Positions 54,124-64,000 of a stretch of 64,000 nt of DNA are shown here, in pieces. The stretch comes from an uncultured virus (IMG/VR IMGVR_UViG_3300034358_000003) (lineage: Duplodnaviria > Heunggongvirae > Uroviricota > Caudoviricetes): IMG/VR virus record IMGVR_UViG_3300034358_000003. The stretch is one strand, 5' to 3'. The translations under genes were made by a program, and so were the position numbers. A model generated the notes under the pieces. It had not been told where the DNA came from. It saw nothing but the letters and a program-made list of their open reading frames with translations, and made no database searches. Numbering within the stretch: the first letter of the stretch is position 1; the number at the start of each line of letters is the position of its first letter.

Positions 54124-54924
54124 TTAGCTGTTGTTCTTCGGTTTGATTGCATCAGTTGCTGCACTGGCAGCAGACGCATCCTTCTTTGTATTGCTTTGTG
54201 GGGCGTTGTCTGGAGGAACTTCAGTCTCTTTCTTCTTGGTTGTTGTTCCACTCTTACGCCCTTTGTTGGCTGTCTTGATCTTAACTGCAATCTCTTTAAG
54301 ATCAGTGAAGACAACTTCCTCAATGGTCATATCAGGGAAGATACCATCTCCAGTTGTCTCATCTTCTCTGAATGTCAGATTTGTGAAGACACATGGACCG
54401 TATGTTTCAATTACGAAGTCATCAAGGAGTTCCAGAACTTGAAACTCTTCTCTGTTGTTCCTCATACTGACAAGCTCACGTTTAACAGCCCTTGCAGTCT
54501 TGACTCTATCTTGCGGAGTCACAGTTGCCACAGGGATCGTGTCCTTTGTGAACTGTGCAATAACTTCTGGCAGCAGCTTGTTGATACTGCTACCACTCTC
54601 AATAGTTACAGGCTTGATAGCCCCACTGTTAGTTGTGTACTGCTTGTCAGTAGGTTTGTACAATCCATTCTCATCCACACTAACATGACCAAGGTCGAAG
54701 GTAGACAACTTACCGAGGTTTTGCGGACGGTTGATGTTGAAGTCTGCGTCAGTCAAAACCCCGTTAATGTTGATGATAAGGTTCTCATTTGTTGTGTGGT
54801 CAGATACATAACCACCTGTGGCGACAGGATGCTTGGTCACACTGGACTGATATGTCAACCCATATTGAGTGATAGCATCAAACCACATAATATCTCCGTT
54901 ACCTCTTCGAATAACAATTGACAT
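54124..54924 (-). CDS. tail tube initiator / Dit-like protein
   Basis: VTKHPVATG..SDH; follows the tape measure gene. Confidence 0.75.
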   Translation of the reverse strand: MSIVIRRGNGDIMWFDAITQYGLTYQSSVTKHPVATGGYVSDHTTNENLIININGVLTDADFNINRPQNLGKLSTFDLGHVSVDENGLYKPTDKQYTTNSGAIKPVTIESGSSINKLLPEVIAQFTKDTIPVATVTPQDRVKTARAVKRELVSMRNNREEFQVLELLDDFVIETYGPCVFTNLTFREDETTGDGIFPDMTIEEVVFTDLKEIAVKIKTANKGRKSGTTTKKKETEVPPDNAPQSNTKKDASAASAATDAIKPKNNS

Positions 54925-57287
54925 TATTGTCTCTCCGCTTGTTGTGCTCTGGCAGCCCCGAAAGCATCACGCAGGGCTTGCTTAGCTAGTTCTTGAACAT
55001 GTGGTGCCATCTGCTGTGCAATCTCTGTAGCGTTAGAACCCGGAGGTGCTTGAACTGTCAGAGTGATTCCACCTAGGTTGATTACTGGAGATTTTACGTC
55101 CATTGGAATCATACCCAATGGGCCTTGGCTTCCAGCATTTGTTTGTTGTGGCATTCCAGAGTTTTGTCTGTGGGAGTTCATCCAATCGCCAACACCATCT
55201 ACAGCACTGTTGAATCCGTCTTTGATCTTAGGTGCATAGAATCTTGCAGGAGCGAACAATGGGTTCTTATCAATCAAGATTTCTTTTGGACCCGGAAGAT
55301 TCTCTACAGCAGCTTTCCAATCACCACGCATAAGAGCGGCGATACGCTGCATCAAGCCTTCAATCATTTCAAGCTGCTCTCTAACCTTCTTCAGAGCTTC
55401 CAAGAATACATCATTCATGGTGACGTTTTCGAAGTTAAGCTCTTTCATCACAGGTTCTAGTGCATAGCCGATGTCCTCGATAGAAGCTTTCAATCCGTCC
55501 CATGCCTGAGACATGTTATCAATCTCAGTAATGGCACCCGGAGTTTCAGCTACAATCTTACCAAAGATGGAATCACCACCATTAAAGTAAGTAGCCAAAT
55601 CATCCAACACAAGAATCAAACCACCAACAGCCAAAGCAATCTCACCAAATGGAAGCATGAAGACACCGACAGTTGCAGCAAATGTTGCTAGAGCAGCTTT
55701 ACTAACTCCAAGCTTGTCAGCAAACATCTGCCAGTTCTCACCAAGGATACCAAGCAAGTGAATGAAAGCTGTAACAGGAGTCATCAAGATTTGGAACGCA
55801 GCACCCAACCCTTCAATCAAAGGTTTGGATCTTTCCATAGCTTCAGCAGTTGTGTTGAAGAACCTTGCCATACCTCTGTCGAAACCAGCATCAGAGAAGA
55901 TGGTTACAGCAACTTCGAACTCACGGTTCATACGCCCCTGAGCTACACGTGTTGTTTCCAGCGATCTTTTGTAAGCATCATTCTTCTCAGACAAGTCCTT
56001 CATCAACTTACCAAGTTCTGGTAGAATCTTTTTAGGGTCTGCCTTACCTTTCTGCATCAAATCGTTAAACTCTGATACAGTGCCGTTCTTAGTTTGACCA
56101 GCGTTCTTAGACGCTTGTGCTAGCAACGCCATACCATTAGGCATACGTTCAGCAAATTGCTGACGGGCTTCTTCAGACTGAATCTTGTCCTTACCAAACA
56201 TTTGGCTCAAGGCAACCATACTACCTTTCATAGACTCTTTAGAGAGCCCGTGAACAGTACCATACTGCATGATCCCACGGAACATATCCTGAGTACCTTT
56301 AATACCAACAGACGGAGCTGCGGCTTGGTAGATACTGGAGAACTGTGGTGCAACGTCTCTGAAGTTAAGACCCATTTCTTTGGTCATGTTCTTCAAGTAG
56401 TTGTTGTTGGAGTTGAAGTTCTCTTTGCTACCAGAGACGGCCTCCAAGCTGTTTGTAGCAGCCGTAACCTTCTGGTTGATATCGTTGATCTGGCTAACAG
56501 CGAACGCTGCTCCTAGACCCGGAATAGCGCCTCTGGCGAAGCCCATAGCAGCAGACAGTCCACGTTCACCCTGACGATACCCGCCACGGCCTTCACGTCT
56601 TCCACCATGACCACCAAAGTCTCCACGTGCACCAACACGGATAGAGAATTCATGGGAAGCGATTGCAGCTCTGATTTCATTGATTAGGTGTTGTTTGTCA
56701 ACAGCGAGTCTTACTTGTGGGTCTGCAACTCTGATCTTCAGTTTGCCTGCCGCACGACTGGCCTTTCTCAAAGCCCATCTCAATTTTGTAAGTAGTTCTC
56801 TTGTGTCAACATCAACTTGCAGTTTGATTGGATTTTCTTTGGAAGCTTTCTTGGTGGCAGCGCGTAGTCTCTTCTCAAGACCGCCCAAGTTGAGTTTGAT
56901 CGGAAGAACCATACTCATCTGGCCCATCATAGTCTTGATGAACTTCTTCTGGCCTACCAACTGAGCAACGTCAAACTTAACGTTCTTCAGGTTGATTGTA
57001 GTTTTGTCGAGGTAGTCTTGAATACGCTTGCCTTGCATACGGAGAGCTTCTTCAGACACATCAACATTCTTCAGGCTGATCTTTGTGTTTGTAGCTTTCT
57101 CAATCTGACTGCGGAGCGATCTGCTATCAAGAGCAACCTTTACTGTGAACTTCTTATTGGCAAGCGTCGAAAGCTCACGCAGCATATTGAGCACGCCGCC
57201 GAGGTTTTTCTGAAACGTTGTCAGTGGACGGTTGTCAACTTGGAATACAAGTTTACCCGTCAGGCGAGCAATTTCCTCTTGTAGCAT
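54924..57287 (-). CDS. tape measure protein
   Basis: 787 aa, helical; ALSQMFGKDKIQSEEARQQFAERMP. Confidence 0.92.
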   Translation of the reverse strand: MLQEEIARLTGKLVFQVDNRPLTTFQKNLGGVLNMLRELSTLANKKFTVKVALDSRSLRSQIEKATNTKISLKNVDVSEEALRMQGKRIQDYLDKTTINLKNVKFDVAQLVGQKKFIKTMMGQMSMVLPIKLNLGGLEKRLRAATKKASKENPIKLQVDVDTRELLTKLRWALRKASRAAGKLKIRVADPQVRLAVDKQHLINEIRAAIASHEFSIRVGARGDFGGHGGRREGRGGYRQGERGLSAAMGFARGAIPGLGAAFAVSQINDINQKVTAATNSLEAVSGSKENFNSNNNYLKNMTKEMGLNFRDVAPQFSSIYQAAAPSVGIKGTQDMFRGIMQYGTVHGLSKESMKGSMVALSQMFGKDKIQSEEARQQFAERMPNGMALLAQASKNAGQTKNGTVSEFNDLMQKGKADPKKILPELGKLMKDLSEKNDAYKRSLETTRVAQGRMNREFEVAVTIFSDAGFDRGMARFFNTTAEAMERSKPLIEGLGAAFQILMTPVTAFIHLLGILGENWQMFADKLGVSKAALATFAATVGVFMLPFGEIALAVGGLILVLDDLATYFNGGDSIFGKIVAETPGAITEIDNMSQAWDGLKASIEDIGYALEPVMKELNFENVTMNDVFLEALKKVREQLEMIEGLMQRIAALMRGDWKAAVENLPGPKEILIDKNPLFAPARFYAPKIKDGFNSAVDGVGDWMNSHRQNSGMPQQTNAGSQGPLGMIPMDVKSPVINLGGITLTVQAPPGSNATEIAQQMAPHVQELAKQALRDAFGAARAQQAERQ

Positions 57288-57297
57288 ATAGCCTCAC

Positions 57298-57600
57298 TTA
57301 GTTGTTATTGGCGTTGGCCTGTTGTTGCTGTTGAATACGTGCAACATCATCCATCTCAAACTTAGCATCAAGCAATTCAATGATGTTGTAGATGTCCTCT
57401 ACGTTGCAGATTGTTTGCAACTCGACGTAGGTTGGGAGTCCTCTAAGCTCGCTTGTGACGATCCTAAAGACTTCCCAATCTTGTGAGTAGCCCTCTTCAA
57501 CTTTCCTCAATCGAGGGTGTTGGTGATTAGCAACCTGTGGTTCCGCGTTAGAGGGTTGGGGTCCAGTTACAGGACGCCGGAACCTAGCATCTGAAAAACC
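57298..57600 (-). CDS. tail assembly chaperone, -1 frameshift extension (gpT-like)
   Basis: The -1 frame from GGTTTTT (57594-57600) is open into RKVEEGYSQ..., stop at 57298. Confidence 0.75.
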   Translation of the reverse strand, partial: GFSDARFRRPVTGPQPSNAEPQVANHQHPRLRKVEEGYSQDWEVFRIVTSELRGLPTYVELQTICNVEDIYNIIELLDAKFEMDDVARIQQQQQANANNN

Positions 57601-57926
57601 GATCCGTAGTTGAACTCCACAACTTCTTTAACCAACAGGAACAGTTTGTCGTATTCACCAGCGAACTCTACGTTGAAGTTGATTGCCATATTACCTTTTG
57701 TAGCACCAGTAACAAGAGCGATGATCAAGGCTTCAGAGTTGTCGTCCAGATTATCAAACAGAATCTCCAGAGCTTTGGCAACGCTAGCTTCTTCACCTTG
57801 CAGTGCAGCGAACGAAGGCCCAAGTGTTTTGATGAGTTGCTTACCAAGCTTCAAACCAACCATACCGTTGAAGTGGGTCAGAGTGTAGACTTCGCCTTTG
57901 ATTGTGATTTCTTTTTGTTGAATCAT
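57567..57926 (-). CDS. tail assembly chaperone (gpG-like)
   Basis: Lies between the tube genes and the tape measure. Confidence 0.85.
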   Translation of the reverse strand: MIQQKEITIKGEVYTLTHFNGMVGLKLGKQLIKTLGPSFAALQGEEASVAKALEILFDNLDDNSEALIIALVTGATKGNMAINFNVEFAGEYDKLFLLVKEVVEFNYGSVFQMLGSGVL

Positions 57927-57940
57927 TATATATCTCCTAA

Positions 57941-58474
57941 TTAAGAAAAGTAGCCAGCTACAGCATCAATACCGTTGTCAACAAGACCACCGATTTTAGA
58001 TGCAGCACCAGATAGTAGGTCCGCAATGTCAATCCCGTTAGAGGCGTTACCACCAATGTTACCGGAACCAAGTACGAACGATAGAATTTCGATTTCCCAT
58101 CTACGGGTTGTAATACCCTCGGCGTTGAAGCTCAAGTCTGGGAACGTGCGTAGGTAGGCACTCGATGTTGTGAATCGAGATGTACCAGATGAGTCTTTGA
58201 GACTTACTTCAAGCAGACCAGAGTGGGCTTGTGCGTCTTGCAGGACGATGCTTGTGAAAACATCGTTAGCTACAGAGGTTGGAAGTAGTTCGACAATGAG
58301 GGTGGAGTATCTGTCTGGACTGTAGACACGTGTGTGTTGTCCACGGATACCCTTGTGAACGTGGAACACTTCAGACTTCCACTGAAGGTTGAGGCTCACT
58401 ACGCCGGGGATAACGTACCCAGCAACAATAATAGTAACACTAGATGGGTCATACGTCAAGACAGAACCAGACAT
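57941..58474 (-). CDS. tail tube-like protein (paralog 3)
   Basis: TYDPSSVTII..LLPTSVAND..KDSSG. Confidence 0.8.
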   Translation of the reverse strand: MSGSVLTYDPSSVTIIVAGYVIPGVVSLNLQWKSEVFHVHKGIRGQHTRVYSPDRYSTLIVELLPTSVANDVFTSIVLQDAQAHSGLLEVSLKDSSGTSRFTTSSAYLRTFPDLSFNAEGITTRRWEIEILSFVLGSGNIGGNASNGIDIADLLSGAASKIGGLVDNGIDAVAGYFS

Positions 58475-58486
58475 AAATACTCCTTA

Positions 58487-58996
58487 TTAAATGATTTGGA
58501 AAGTTTTCAAAACTGGCAGAACAGAAGCACCAAGACCAAGGATAGAACTTAGGTCGGTATCACCATCACCGTTACCACCAATATTCACAAGTACGTCTGT
58601 TGCAGCGAAACGCCATGTTCGGGTTTCTAGTTGGCTGGAGAATGTAATATCAGGAATCTCTTCGATCCAAGCTGTAGCAGCAGTGAACATTGTGCTTCCA
58701 CTACCATCTTTAATGAATAGCGGGAATTTGCCCATCCCTGTAACCTTATCTACGTTCCAGAGAGTGGAGAGAATATCGTTACCACTGGACGACTGTGCGA
58801 GGGTGATTTCTACCTTCCAGCCAGTGTCTGGTGATTTAATGCGTGACATTGTTCCGTCCATTGCTCGGAGGGTTGTCACTTGTTGTGTGTCTTTTGTAAT
58901 CCTTACGAAAGTACCTTCAGCAAAGCCTGTAACAGAATACAGACCAGCGATAGTGATAGACACATCACTTGGGGAATAATTAAGTAGGCTAGCCAT
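58487..58996 (-). CDS. tail tube-like protein (paralog 2)
   Basis: YSPSDVSITI..LAQSSSGND..KDGSG. Confidence 0.8.
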   Translation of the reverse strand: MASLLNYSPSDVSITIAGLYSVTGFAEGTFVRITKDTQQVTTLRAMDGTMSRIKSPDTGWKVEITLAQSSSGNDILSTLWNVDKVTGMGKFPLFIKDGSGSTMFTAATAWIEEIPDITFSSQLETRTWRFAATDVLVNIGGNGDGDTDLSSILGLGASVLPVLKTFQII

Positions 58997-59010
58997 TTGT
59001 ACCTCCTAAG

Positions 59011-59047
59011 AAAAAGAAAAGGGGCCACCACGAATGGAAGCCCCTTA
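59011..59047 (-). terminator. terminator after the major tube gene
   Basis: AAGGGGC..GCCCCTT plus T-tract. Confidence 0.75.
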
Positions 59048-59062
59048 ACGAATGTGTTGCTA

Positions 59063-59587
59063 TTAAGCTTGAAGCCACTTAGCGGCGATTGTTCCACCGA
59101 GAGTTTCAATTGTGTTCTGATCTTCTGGAGTCAGGATTGCGTTACCACCAGCATAGCCGTCAAGGTTGAACGCTTGGATAACCCAGTCACGTGTCATCAT
59201 GCTGTTAGAGAAACCAGCGTTAGGACGAACACCAATGTAAGCATCGTCAGAGAAGTAGATAGAACGACCAGACGAATCTTTCACTTGAACCGAGAACAGT
59301 CCATCAGAGTTACGTCCGTCATTGGCAAACAACTGAGACAGAACATCGTTAGAGGCAGAAGTTTGTTGCAGGCTTACTGTCAGTGCCGCAGAGTTACTTG
59401 CGTTGAAGACACGTGTTCCTGTGTTGTCAGCACCAGTGTAAAGTGCATAACGAGGGCTTGTCCATTCGATGTTAACGATGGAGTCCTCAGAGTACCCGCT
59501 GATCTGGTGGGCAATACCAGTGCTCGATTGAGTGATGATAATACTAACATCATTCGGAGCAAACGTAGCAAGACGTTGTGTAGACAT
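59063..59587 (-). CDS. major tail tube protein (DUF3277-like)
   Basis: FAPNDVSII..LQQTSASND..KDSSG; follows the sheath gene. Confidence 0.85.
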   Translation of the reverse strand: MSTQRLATFAPNDVSIIITQSSTGIAHQISGYSEDSIVNIEWTSPRYALYTGADNTGTRVFNASNSAALTVSLQQTSASNDVLSQLFANDGRNSDGLFSVQVKDSSGRSIYFSDDAYIGVRPNAGFSNSMMTRDWVIQAFNLDGYAGGNAILTPEDQNTIETLGGTIAAKWLQA

Positions 59588-59617
59588 TGTGTTCTCCTAG
59601 TAAGGATGTAACCGTAA

Positions 59618-60901
59618 TTAAACGGTTACAGTTCCTGCGATTTTAACGAAGTGGATAGCACCGGCCAGACGAGCTTCGAATTTAATACCTTCGAAGATAC
59701 GTTGTGCACGGGCATTGTTGGATAGAGTCAGAACGTCTGGTACGTTTACTGTAGGAGCTGGGCTCGGAGCCAAACCACCAACACGGATACCATCGTTCAA
59801 CTGACCACGAATCTCAGCTTCAATGATAGCGGCACCAGCAGCAGTGAAAGGAATTTTCTTGCTGTTAGCCATACGGCTCCACAGGCGTTCCTTCATACGA
59901 GCTTCCAGCCAGTCAACAAAGATGATTACGTCGATCCACTCACCACCGAACATCTTAGCTCCGATAGTGCTGTTCAAGCCACCAACTGCTTCGTATGTAG
60001 AGGCGTTTTTGTTGTGTACGTTAGTAGCTTCAGTGTCGCTCAGAGTGCTAACAGTAACACCAGACAGAGCTTTGTAAGCCCATGTGTTGGAGCCCGGTTG
60101 TTCTTGAAGTTGGTAGCCAACCCAAGCACATTCTGGGAACTGTGTATCAGCAGTAGCGCTGTAAACACCAAAGGTACGTTGGTATGCAAGAGCTTTCAGT
60201 TGAGAGAATACATCAGTTGTGCTTGTTGTTTTAACAGCAGTAGCTTGAGAAGAAGTGGCGAACACTTTCTTCATTCCTTCAACCTGAGCAGCAACTGTCA
60301 AGATGTCAGCCTCAAGGTGAGACTCAATCATCACAGCGTACCAAGTGTTGTCGATCAGAGTGATTTCATTGATTGTGGTTGCCCAAGGTTCTACAGATGG
60401 GCTATTTGCCTGAGACATGTTTGCAGTTACTTTCAGAGAGTAACCAATGGCAGAAGCTACAGTCAGAGAGCCGTCAAGGTTGTCAGTTACTGTAACACCA
60501 GTGATAGGGGTTACGTTGTAAGCTGTTTTAAGTCCAGCAGCAATCGTGATCGCAGATGGAGTTCCTGTGGCAACGTAAGAGAAATCTGTTTCGTTGACTG
60601 TCATTGTGTATGTACCAACAGCAACAGTGCTAACGTTTACAGTGGAGCTTGGAACAAGTCTACGCCCGATTGTAATACGCGATGGTGTGAGTCCTTGTCC
60701 GAACAACTTCTGAGCAGCAATGTACGCAGTGTCAGTTGGGCCAAAGTCATTTGCCACAGCAACTAGGCTGGAGTACGAACGTGCACGTTCAGCAAACTTT
60801 GTGTGTGCAGAGACGAACAGAGGTACGTTGAAGTTTGTTTGAGTAACAGCAGCGGTTTCGCGGCTGATGTTGATTTCAATAATATCCGTAAGAACGGTCA
60901 T
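59618..60901 (-). CDS. tail sheath protein (DUF3383-like)
   Basis: PGSNTWAYKALSGV, GEWIDVI..DWL, KIPFT, LAGAIH. Confidence 0.92.
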   Translation of the reverse strand: MTVLTDIIEINISRETAAVTQTNFNVPLFVSAHTKFAERARSYSSLVAVANDFGPTDTAYIAAQKLFGQGLTPSRITIGRRLVPSSTVNVSTVAVGTYTMTVNETDFSYVATGTPSAITIAAGLKTAYNVTPITGVTVTDNLDGSLTVASAIGYSLKVTANMSQANSPSVEPWATTINEITLIDNTWYAVMIESHLEADILTVAAQVEGMKKVFATSSQATAVKTTSTTDVFSQLKALAYQRTFGVYSATADTQFPECAWVGYQLQEQPGSNTWAYKALSGVTVSTLSDTEATNVHNKNASTYEAVGGLNSTIGAKMFGGEWIDVIIFVDWLEARMKERLWSRMANSKKIPFTAAGAAIIEAEIRGQLNDGIRVGGLAPSPAPTVNVPDVLTLSNNARAQRIFEGIKFEARLAGAIHFVKIAGTVTV

Positions 60902-60911
60902 ACGTTATCTC

Positions 60912-61481
60912 CTAGGTAGGTAGAGTGACTTCAAAATGAGTCGTTATTGTGTAATCTGGAGGCTGGTTTGCATCGTGATAAACGCCATCGCCATTATAGC
61001 CAGTGGCGTACTCTTGTTCAGTTGTGAACTTAGCAGCGTAGGCGAACACAGCATCAAGTTGATAGATCATGTACATATCTGTGTCTCTCGGAAGAGGCAG
61101 TCTACGAAGTGTTGTGAGGTTGTACAGTGCCAGTTTATTAACAGCTTGCAACTCGTAACCTGTTGTAGACCTCAATTCAACTTGAAGTTGTTGTGCCATA
61201 TTGGCTACAGAGATTTGATCATCATACTTACCAACAAACTCAAATCTAACAGAAGCCTCATGATCTTGAATCGTGGTTTGAATTAGCTTTGTTCCATCTT
61301 CACCGATGGTTGGCGTTGAGTTATACTCTCGACCGCAGGGGTTCAATTTCTTAACGTCGATAACGAGGTAAGGGTTTGTTGGTTCCGCAGCGTTAGTGAA
61401 GGCAAACAGGATAGTCCATTCTGGATGCAACGCACTCACGATGTTGTAAAGAGAGTCTTCAAGGTCTTGGTAAATGTTCAT
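60912..61481 (-). CDS. tail terminator/neck protein
   Basis: Synteny. Confidence 0.7.
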   Translation of the reverse strand: MNIYQDLEDSLYNIVSALHPEWTILFAFTNAAEPTNPYLVIDVKKLNPCGREYNSTPTIGEDGTKLIQTTIQDHEASVRFEFVGKYDDQISVANMAQQLQVELRSTTGYELQAVNKLALYNLTTLRRLPLPRDTDMYMIYQLDAVFAYAAKFTTEQEYATGYNGDGVYHDANQPPDYTITTHFEVTLPT

Positions 61482-61846
61482 GTTAGTTCAACCCTCATGC
61501 ACAAGGCTTTGTAGTGGTTAAGAACACCCATGTCATAATCAATAACCTTCATAACTTCGTACAGATCACCTTTCCAGTAGAAGCGGTCAGCAGCATAGCC
61601 AGATGGCCCTTCTTTGCGTTGCCTCAGAGCAGCACCCTTCGTGTACACTTTAAGTGTCGCACGTGTTCGGTCAGCTTCTGGAAGCAGGTAGGTATCTGTG
61701 GATTTCAGTACCGGCTGTACGTTGCATACAACTTGAACAGTGCTCTCAGCTCCGGGGCTAGGACGCCCACGAATGATAGTCTCAGCCTCACGGCGAATAA
61801 TATCTAGAGTTGTGTGCCCAGTTAGGAGCAGTGGTGGATTTCTCAT
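61478..61846 (-). CDS. head closure (stopper) protein
   Basis: NVQP..LLPEADR..ADRFYWKG..YEV. Confidence 0.75.
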   Translation of the reverse strand: MRNPPLLLTGHTTLDIIRREAETIIRGRPSPGAESTVQVVCNVQPVLKSTDTYLLPEADRTRATLKVYTKGAALRQRKEGPSGYAADRFYWKGDLYEVMKVIDYDMGVLNHYKALCMRVELT

Positions 61847-61855
61847 TTTATACTC

Positions 61856-62323
61856 CTATCGGTGAATGTGGAATTTAACCGACTCAATCATCTTGCCAGA
61901 GTCGATTAGTGGTGTATCTCTACCACCCTTCTTCTTGATCGTAGCAGCACTGTTACCGCCAGCAGCAGCATATTGTTGGATACTAACTTGCATTAGCTCA
62001 GCAGCAATATGTCCAAGCGACTTCAACAGTCTGGTCGTTGCCGAACTTCCCTTGAGTATGTCAAGGAACACGGCCTTCATACCTTTAGCCATGTAAAACT
62101 GATTCATGTTCTCAGAGAACGTATCAGACATGAAAGGTCTTTGTGGGTTGTGCACAGTACCGAATTCGTTGTAAGCAGCTACAGTAGCTACAGGCAAGTT
62201 ATGATTCTCGGGGCCATATCTGTCCTCTTCAAAGAATCCAACTTCGACTTCCATACCATCTAATTTGTCCAGCCTCTTTATGAGAGCTGGGATTTTACTT
62301 TCGAACTTAAAACTGAAGCCCAT
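61856..62323 (-). CDS. neck/tail completion protein
   Basis: AYNEFGT..PQRPFM..TPLIDSGKM. Confidence 0.8.
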   Translation of the reverse strand: MGFSFKFESKIPALIKRLDKLDGMEVEVGFFEEDRYGPENHNLPVATVAAYNEFGTVHNPQRPFMSDTFSENMNQFYMAKGMKAVFLDILKGSSATTRLLKSLGHIAAELMQVSIQQYAAAGGNSAATIKKKGGRDTPLIDSGKMIESVKFHIHR

Positions 62324-62786
62324 GACCTGATCCTACACCGTAGCCATTAAGCTGATCGTAGTTGTACTGCCAGTTGCCACACCCAATACGGATAGGACGC
62401 TCAGTAGCCAACAGAACAGAGTTGTTGTCAGTGTTAATACGGTTGTTGTGCATGTCCTCACGACTAATACCACCAGCGTAAGGCATAGCCAAACTGATAG
62501 CTGCGTTAGGGTCTTTAAGCATCAATTCCAAAGCTCTGTAGAAGTTGCTGAAGATGTCTCCACCATAAACCTCAATGTCGCCTGTACGTTCACGTGTGAA
62601 GCGGGACAGGGTAAACAGAAGTGTACGAGCAGCATCTAACGTAGCACGGTTCTCATTGCCGTTATATTTGTCAATGAAATACTGATAATCTTCATCATGC
62701 AGCAATTCCATATCTGGCCAAATGTCACCTACGTTCAAACGAACGCGGTCAGTGGCAGAGCCAGCAGGGTTATTCGTGTATGGCAT
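62307..62786 (-). CDS. head-tail adaptor
   Basis: DRVRLNVGD..LHDEDY; PYAGGIS. Confidence 0.75.
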   Translation of the reverse strand: MPYTNNPAGSATDRVRLNVGDIWPDMELLHDEDYQYFIDKYNGNENRATLDAARTLLFTLSRFTRERTGDIEVYGGDIFSNFYRALELMLKDPNAAISLAMPYAGGISREDMHNNRINTDNNSVLLATERPIRIGCGNWQYNYDQLNGYGVGSGHGLQF

Positions 62787-62803
62787 GTTCTAGGCTCCTA
62801 AGC

Positions 62804-62829
62804 AAAGAAAGGGGGCACGAAGCCCCCAA
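62804..62829 (-). terminator. terminator after the major capsid gene
   Basis: GGGGGC..GCCCCC plus T-tract. Confidence 0.8.
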
Positions 62830-62835
62830 TTCTAA

Positions 62836-63891
62836 TTAGGCACCAACGATGCCTTTGATAACCAACTGTGGACGGCGAAGCACGTTCAGGAAGTTGGATT
62901 CAGTTTGGATTTCGATCATCTGACCACGGTTGTCGCCGTACTCGAAAGCGTACAGTTCTTGACCTTCAGTGTTAACGAAGTCGAAGTGGTCGGCTGGGCC
63001 GAAGTATTGCACGAAGTTATCGCTGCCCATGTCGCTTGGCAGGAAGTAGCATTCGTTTGCTGGGATGTGACGGTTGCCTTCTGGATCGATACCACGGTTT
63101 TCGATGTACGTGATGTTGCCGATTGTGAACTCGCGGTAACGAGAATCATAACCACTAGCAACCATACGGTCACGAAGAATCTGTGGAGCTTGGCTGTAAG
63201 CCATCCATAGCGCCTTAACGCTTGGGTGAGAGGTCAGCTTCTGGAAGAACTCTGGCGATGCAACAGCCCAGATTTCGCCACGTACAGAACCATCGTGAGC
63301 GTTGTCTTGCATTGCTGCGAATACTTGCTCAGTTTTAACGATGATGTCAGTTGTAGCAACGTTCAGTTGGAAGTCAACAACAACACGGCTAGCACCAAAC
63401 TCGGTGTACCAGTCGTAAGTTACGTTACCGTTAGGAGCGTAAGCAGTACCAGTACGGATGGTGTGCCAGATAGAGGCTTCGTGTGTAGCAGCCCAAGACT
63501 TACGGATCACTTCAAGCTTACGTGCACGCACGGCAGCAATAGTTTCCAGTTGGTCAACACCGAAAGCGCGTTTACCTTGGATGTCACGTGGAGTAATAGA
63601 AGCGTCCAGTGTGAAGTGAGGGATCGCAAATGCGTGCATTTTACGAGTTGGGTCACTGATCACAGTGTGACGTGCACCACGGTGAACATCTTTGATCAAG
63701 CCGTAGCCAGTCTTGATTTCTTCAACAGTGATGGTTTCTTGAGATGTTGTGTCTTTACCGAAGATTCCCAATTGAGTTCCAAGGAACCAATCGTTCGGGA
63801 TAATCATCAGTGGAGCGGACAGGTCGGTGTACTCGTAGTTGTTGTTAGCGTAGCTACGAACGGCCTGTTTAGCGAGTTGAACTTGAGACAT
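62836..63891 (-). CDS. major capsid protein (lambda E-like, HK97 fold)
   Basis: IPHF..I.P.DIQGKR; FGPAD..VNT.G..YA; TESNFL..RP. Confidence 0.9.
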   Translation of the reverse strand: MSQVQLAKQAVRSYANNNYEYTDLSAPLMIIPNDWFLGTQLGIFGKDTTSQETITVEEIKTGYGLIKDVHRGARHTVISDPTRKMHAFAIPHFTLDASITPRDIQGKRAFGVDQLETIAAVRARKLEVIRKSWAATHEASIWHTIRTGTAYAPNGNVTYDWYTEFGASRVVVDFQLNVATTDIIVKTEQVFAAMQDNAHDGSVRGEIWAVASPEFFQKLTSHPSVKALWMAYSQAPQILRDRMVASGYDSRYREFTIGNITYIENRGIDPEGNRHIPANECYFLPSDMGSDNFVQYFGPADHFDFVNTEGQELYAFEYGDNRGQMIEIQTESNFLNVLRRPQLVIKGIVGA

Positions 63892-63904
63892 TGAGTCCTC
63901 CTAA

Positions 63905-64000
63905 TTAGACGTTGTTGTAAGTAAGTTGATCAACTGCGAAGATGTTCTTCAGAGCCAGTTTATCAGTTGCTGTTTTGCGTTGAACGTCAGTAGTAACGTC
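63905..64000 (-). CDS. head decoration protein, 3' end only
   Basis: Open frame ..ALKNIFAVDQLTYNNV* directly upstream of the capsid gene. Confidence 0.6.
   Translation of the reverse strand, partial: DVTTDVQRKTATDKLALKNIFAVDQLTYNNV

Noticed and set aside
1..64000. Prophage or temperate lifestyle
   Set aside because: No integrase, repressor, att site or host genes seen in the window

Overview
This 64 kb window is part of a lytic myovirus genome. Gene content and order suggest a Felix O1/PAK_P1/phiPsa374-like phage, probably infecting Pseudomonas (both inferred). Almost all genes are on the minus strand. 1-10 kb: early accessory region driven by many sigma70-type promoters. About 10.0-10.4 kb: non-coding and repeat-rich, possibly the genome end. 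10.4-41.8 kb: accessory genes, nucleotide metabolism (glutaredoxin, nrdAB, thyX, MazG-like and DUF5664-like pyrophosphatases), replication (exonuclease, SSB-like protein, family A polymerase, primase-helicase) and an RNA ligase. 41.8-64 kb: lysis cassette, fibres, baseplate, tape measure, frameshifted tail chaperone, tube, sheath, neck and major capsid. I saw no tRNA, integrase or CRISPR array. Best candidates for undescribed systems: (1) a self-contained cassette of promoter, 205-aa coiled-coil gene, ~345-nt structured RNA with AAAG repeats, and terminator (37.7-38.8 kb); (2) five small proteins with W-x-[SA]-S-x(1-3)-C tails next to a nucleotidyltransferase-like enzyme (14-18 kb); (3) Fur-box-like palindromes in the early region; (4) a stand-alone DGQHR/DndB-like gene. 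All calls come from reading motifs by eye; no database searches were run. Several start codons were moved to the RBS-supported ATG.
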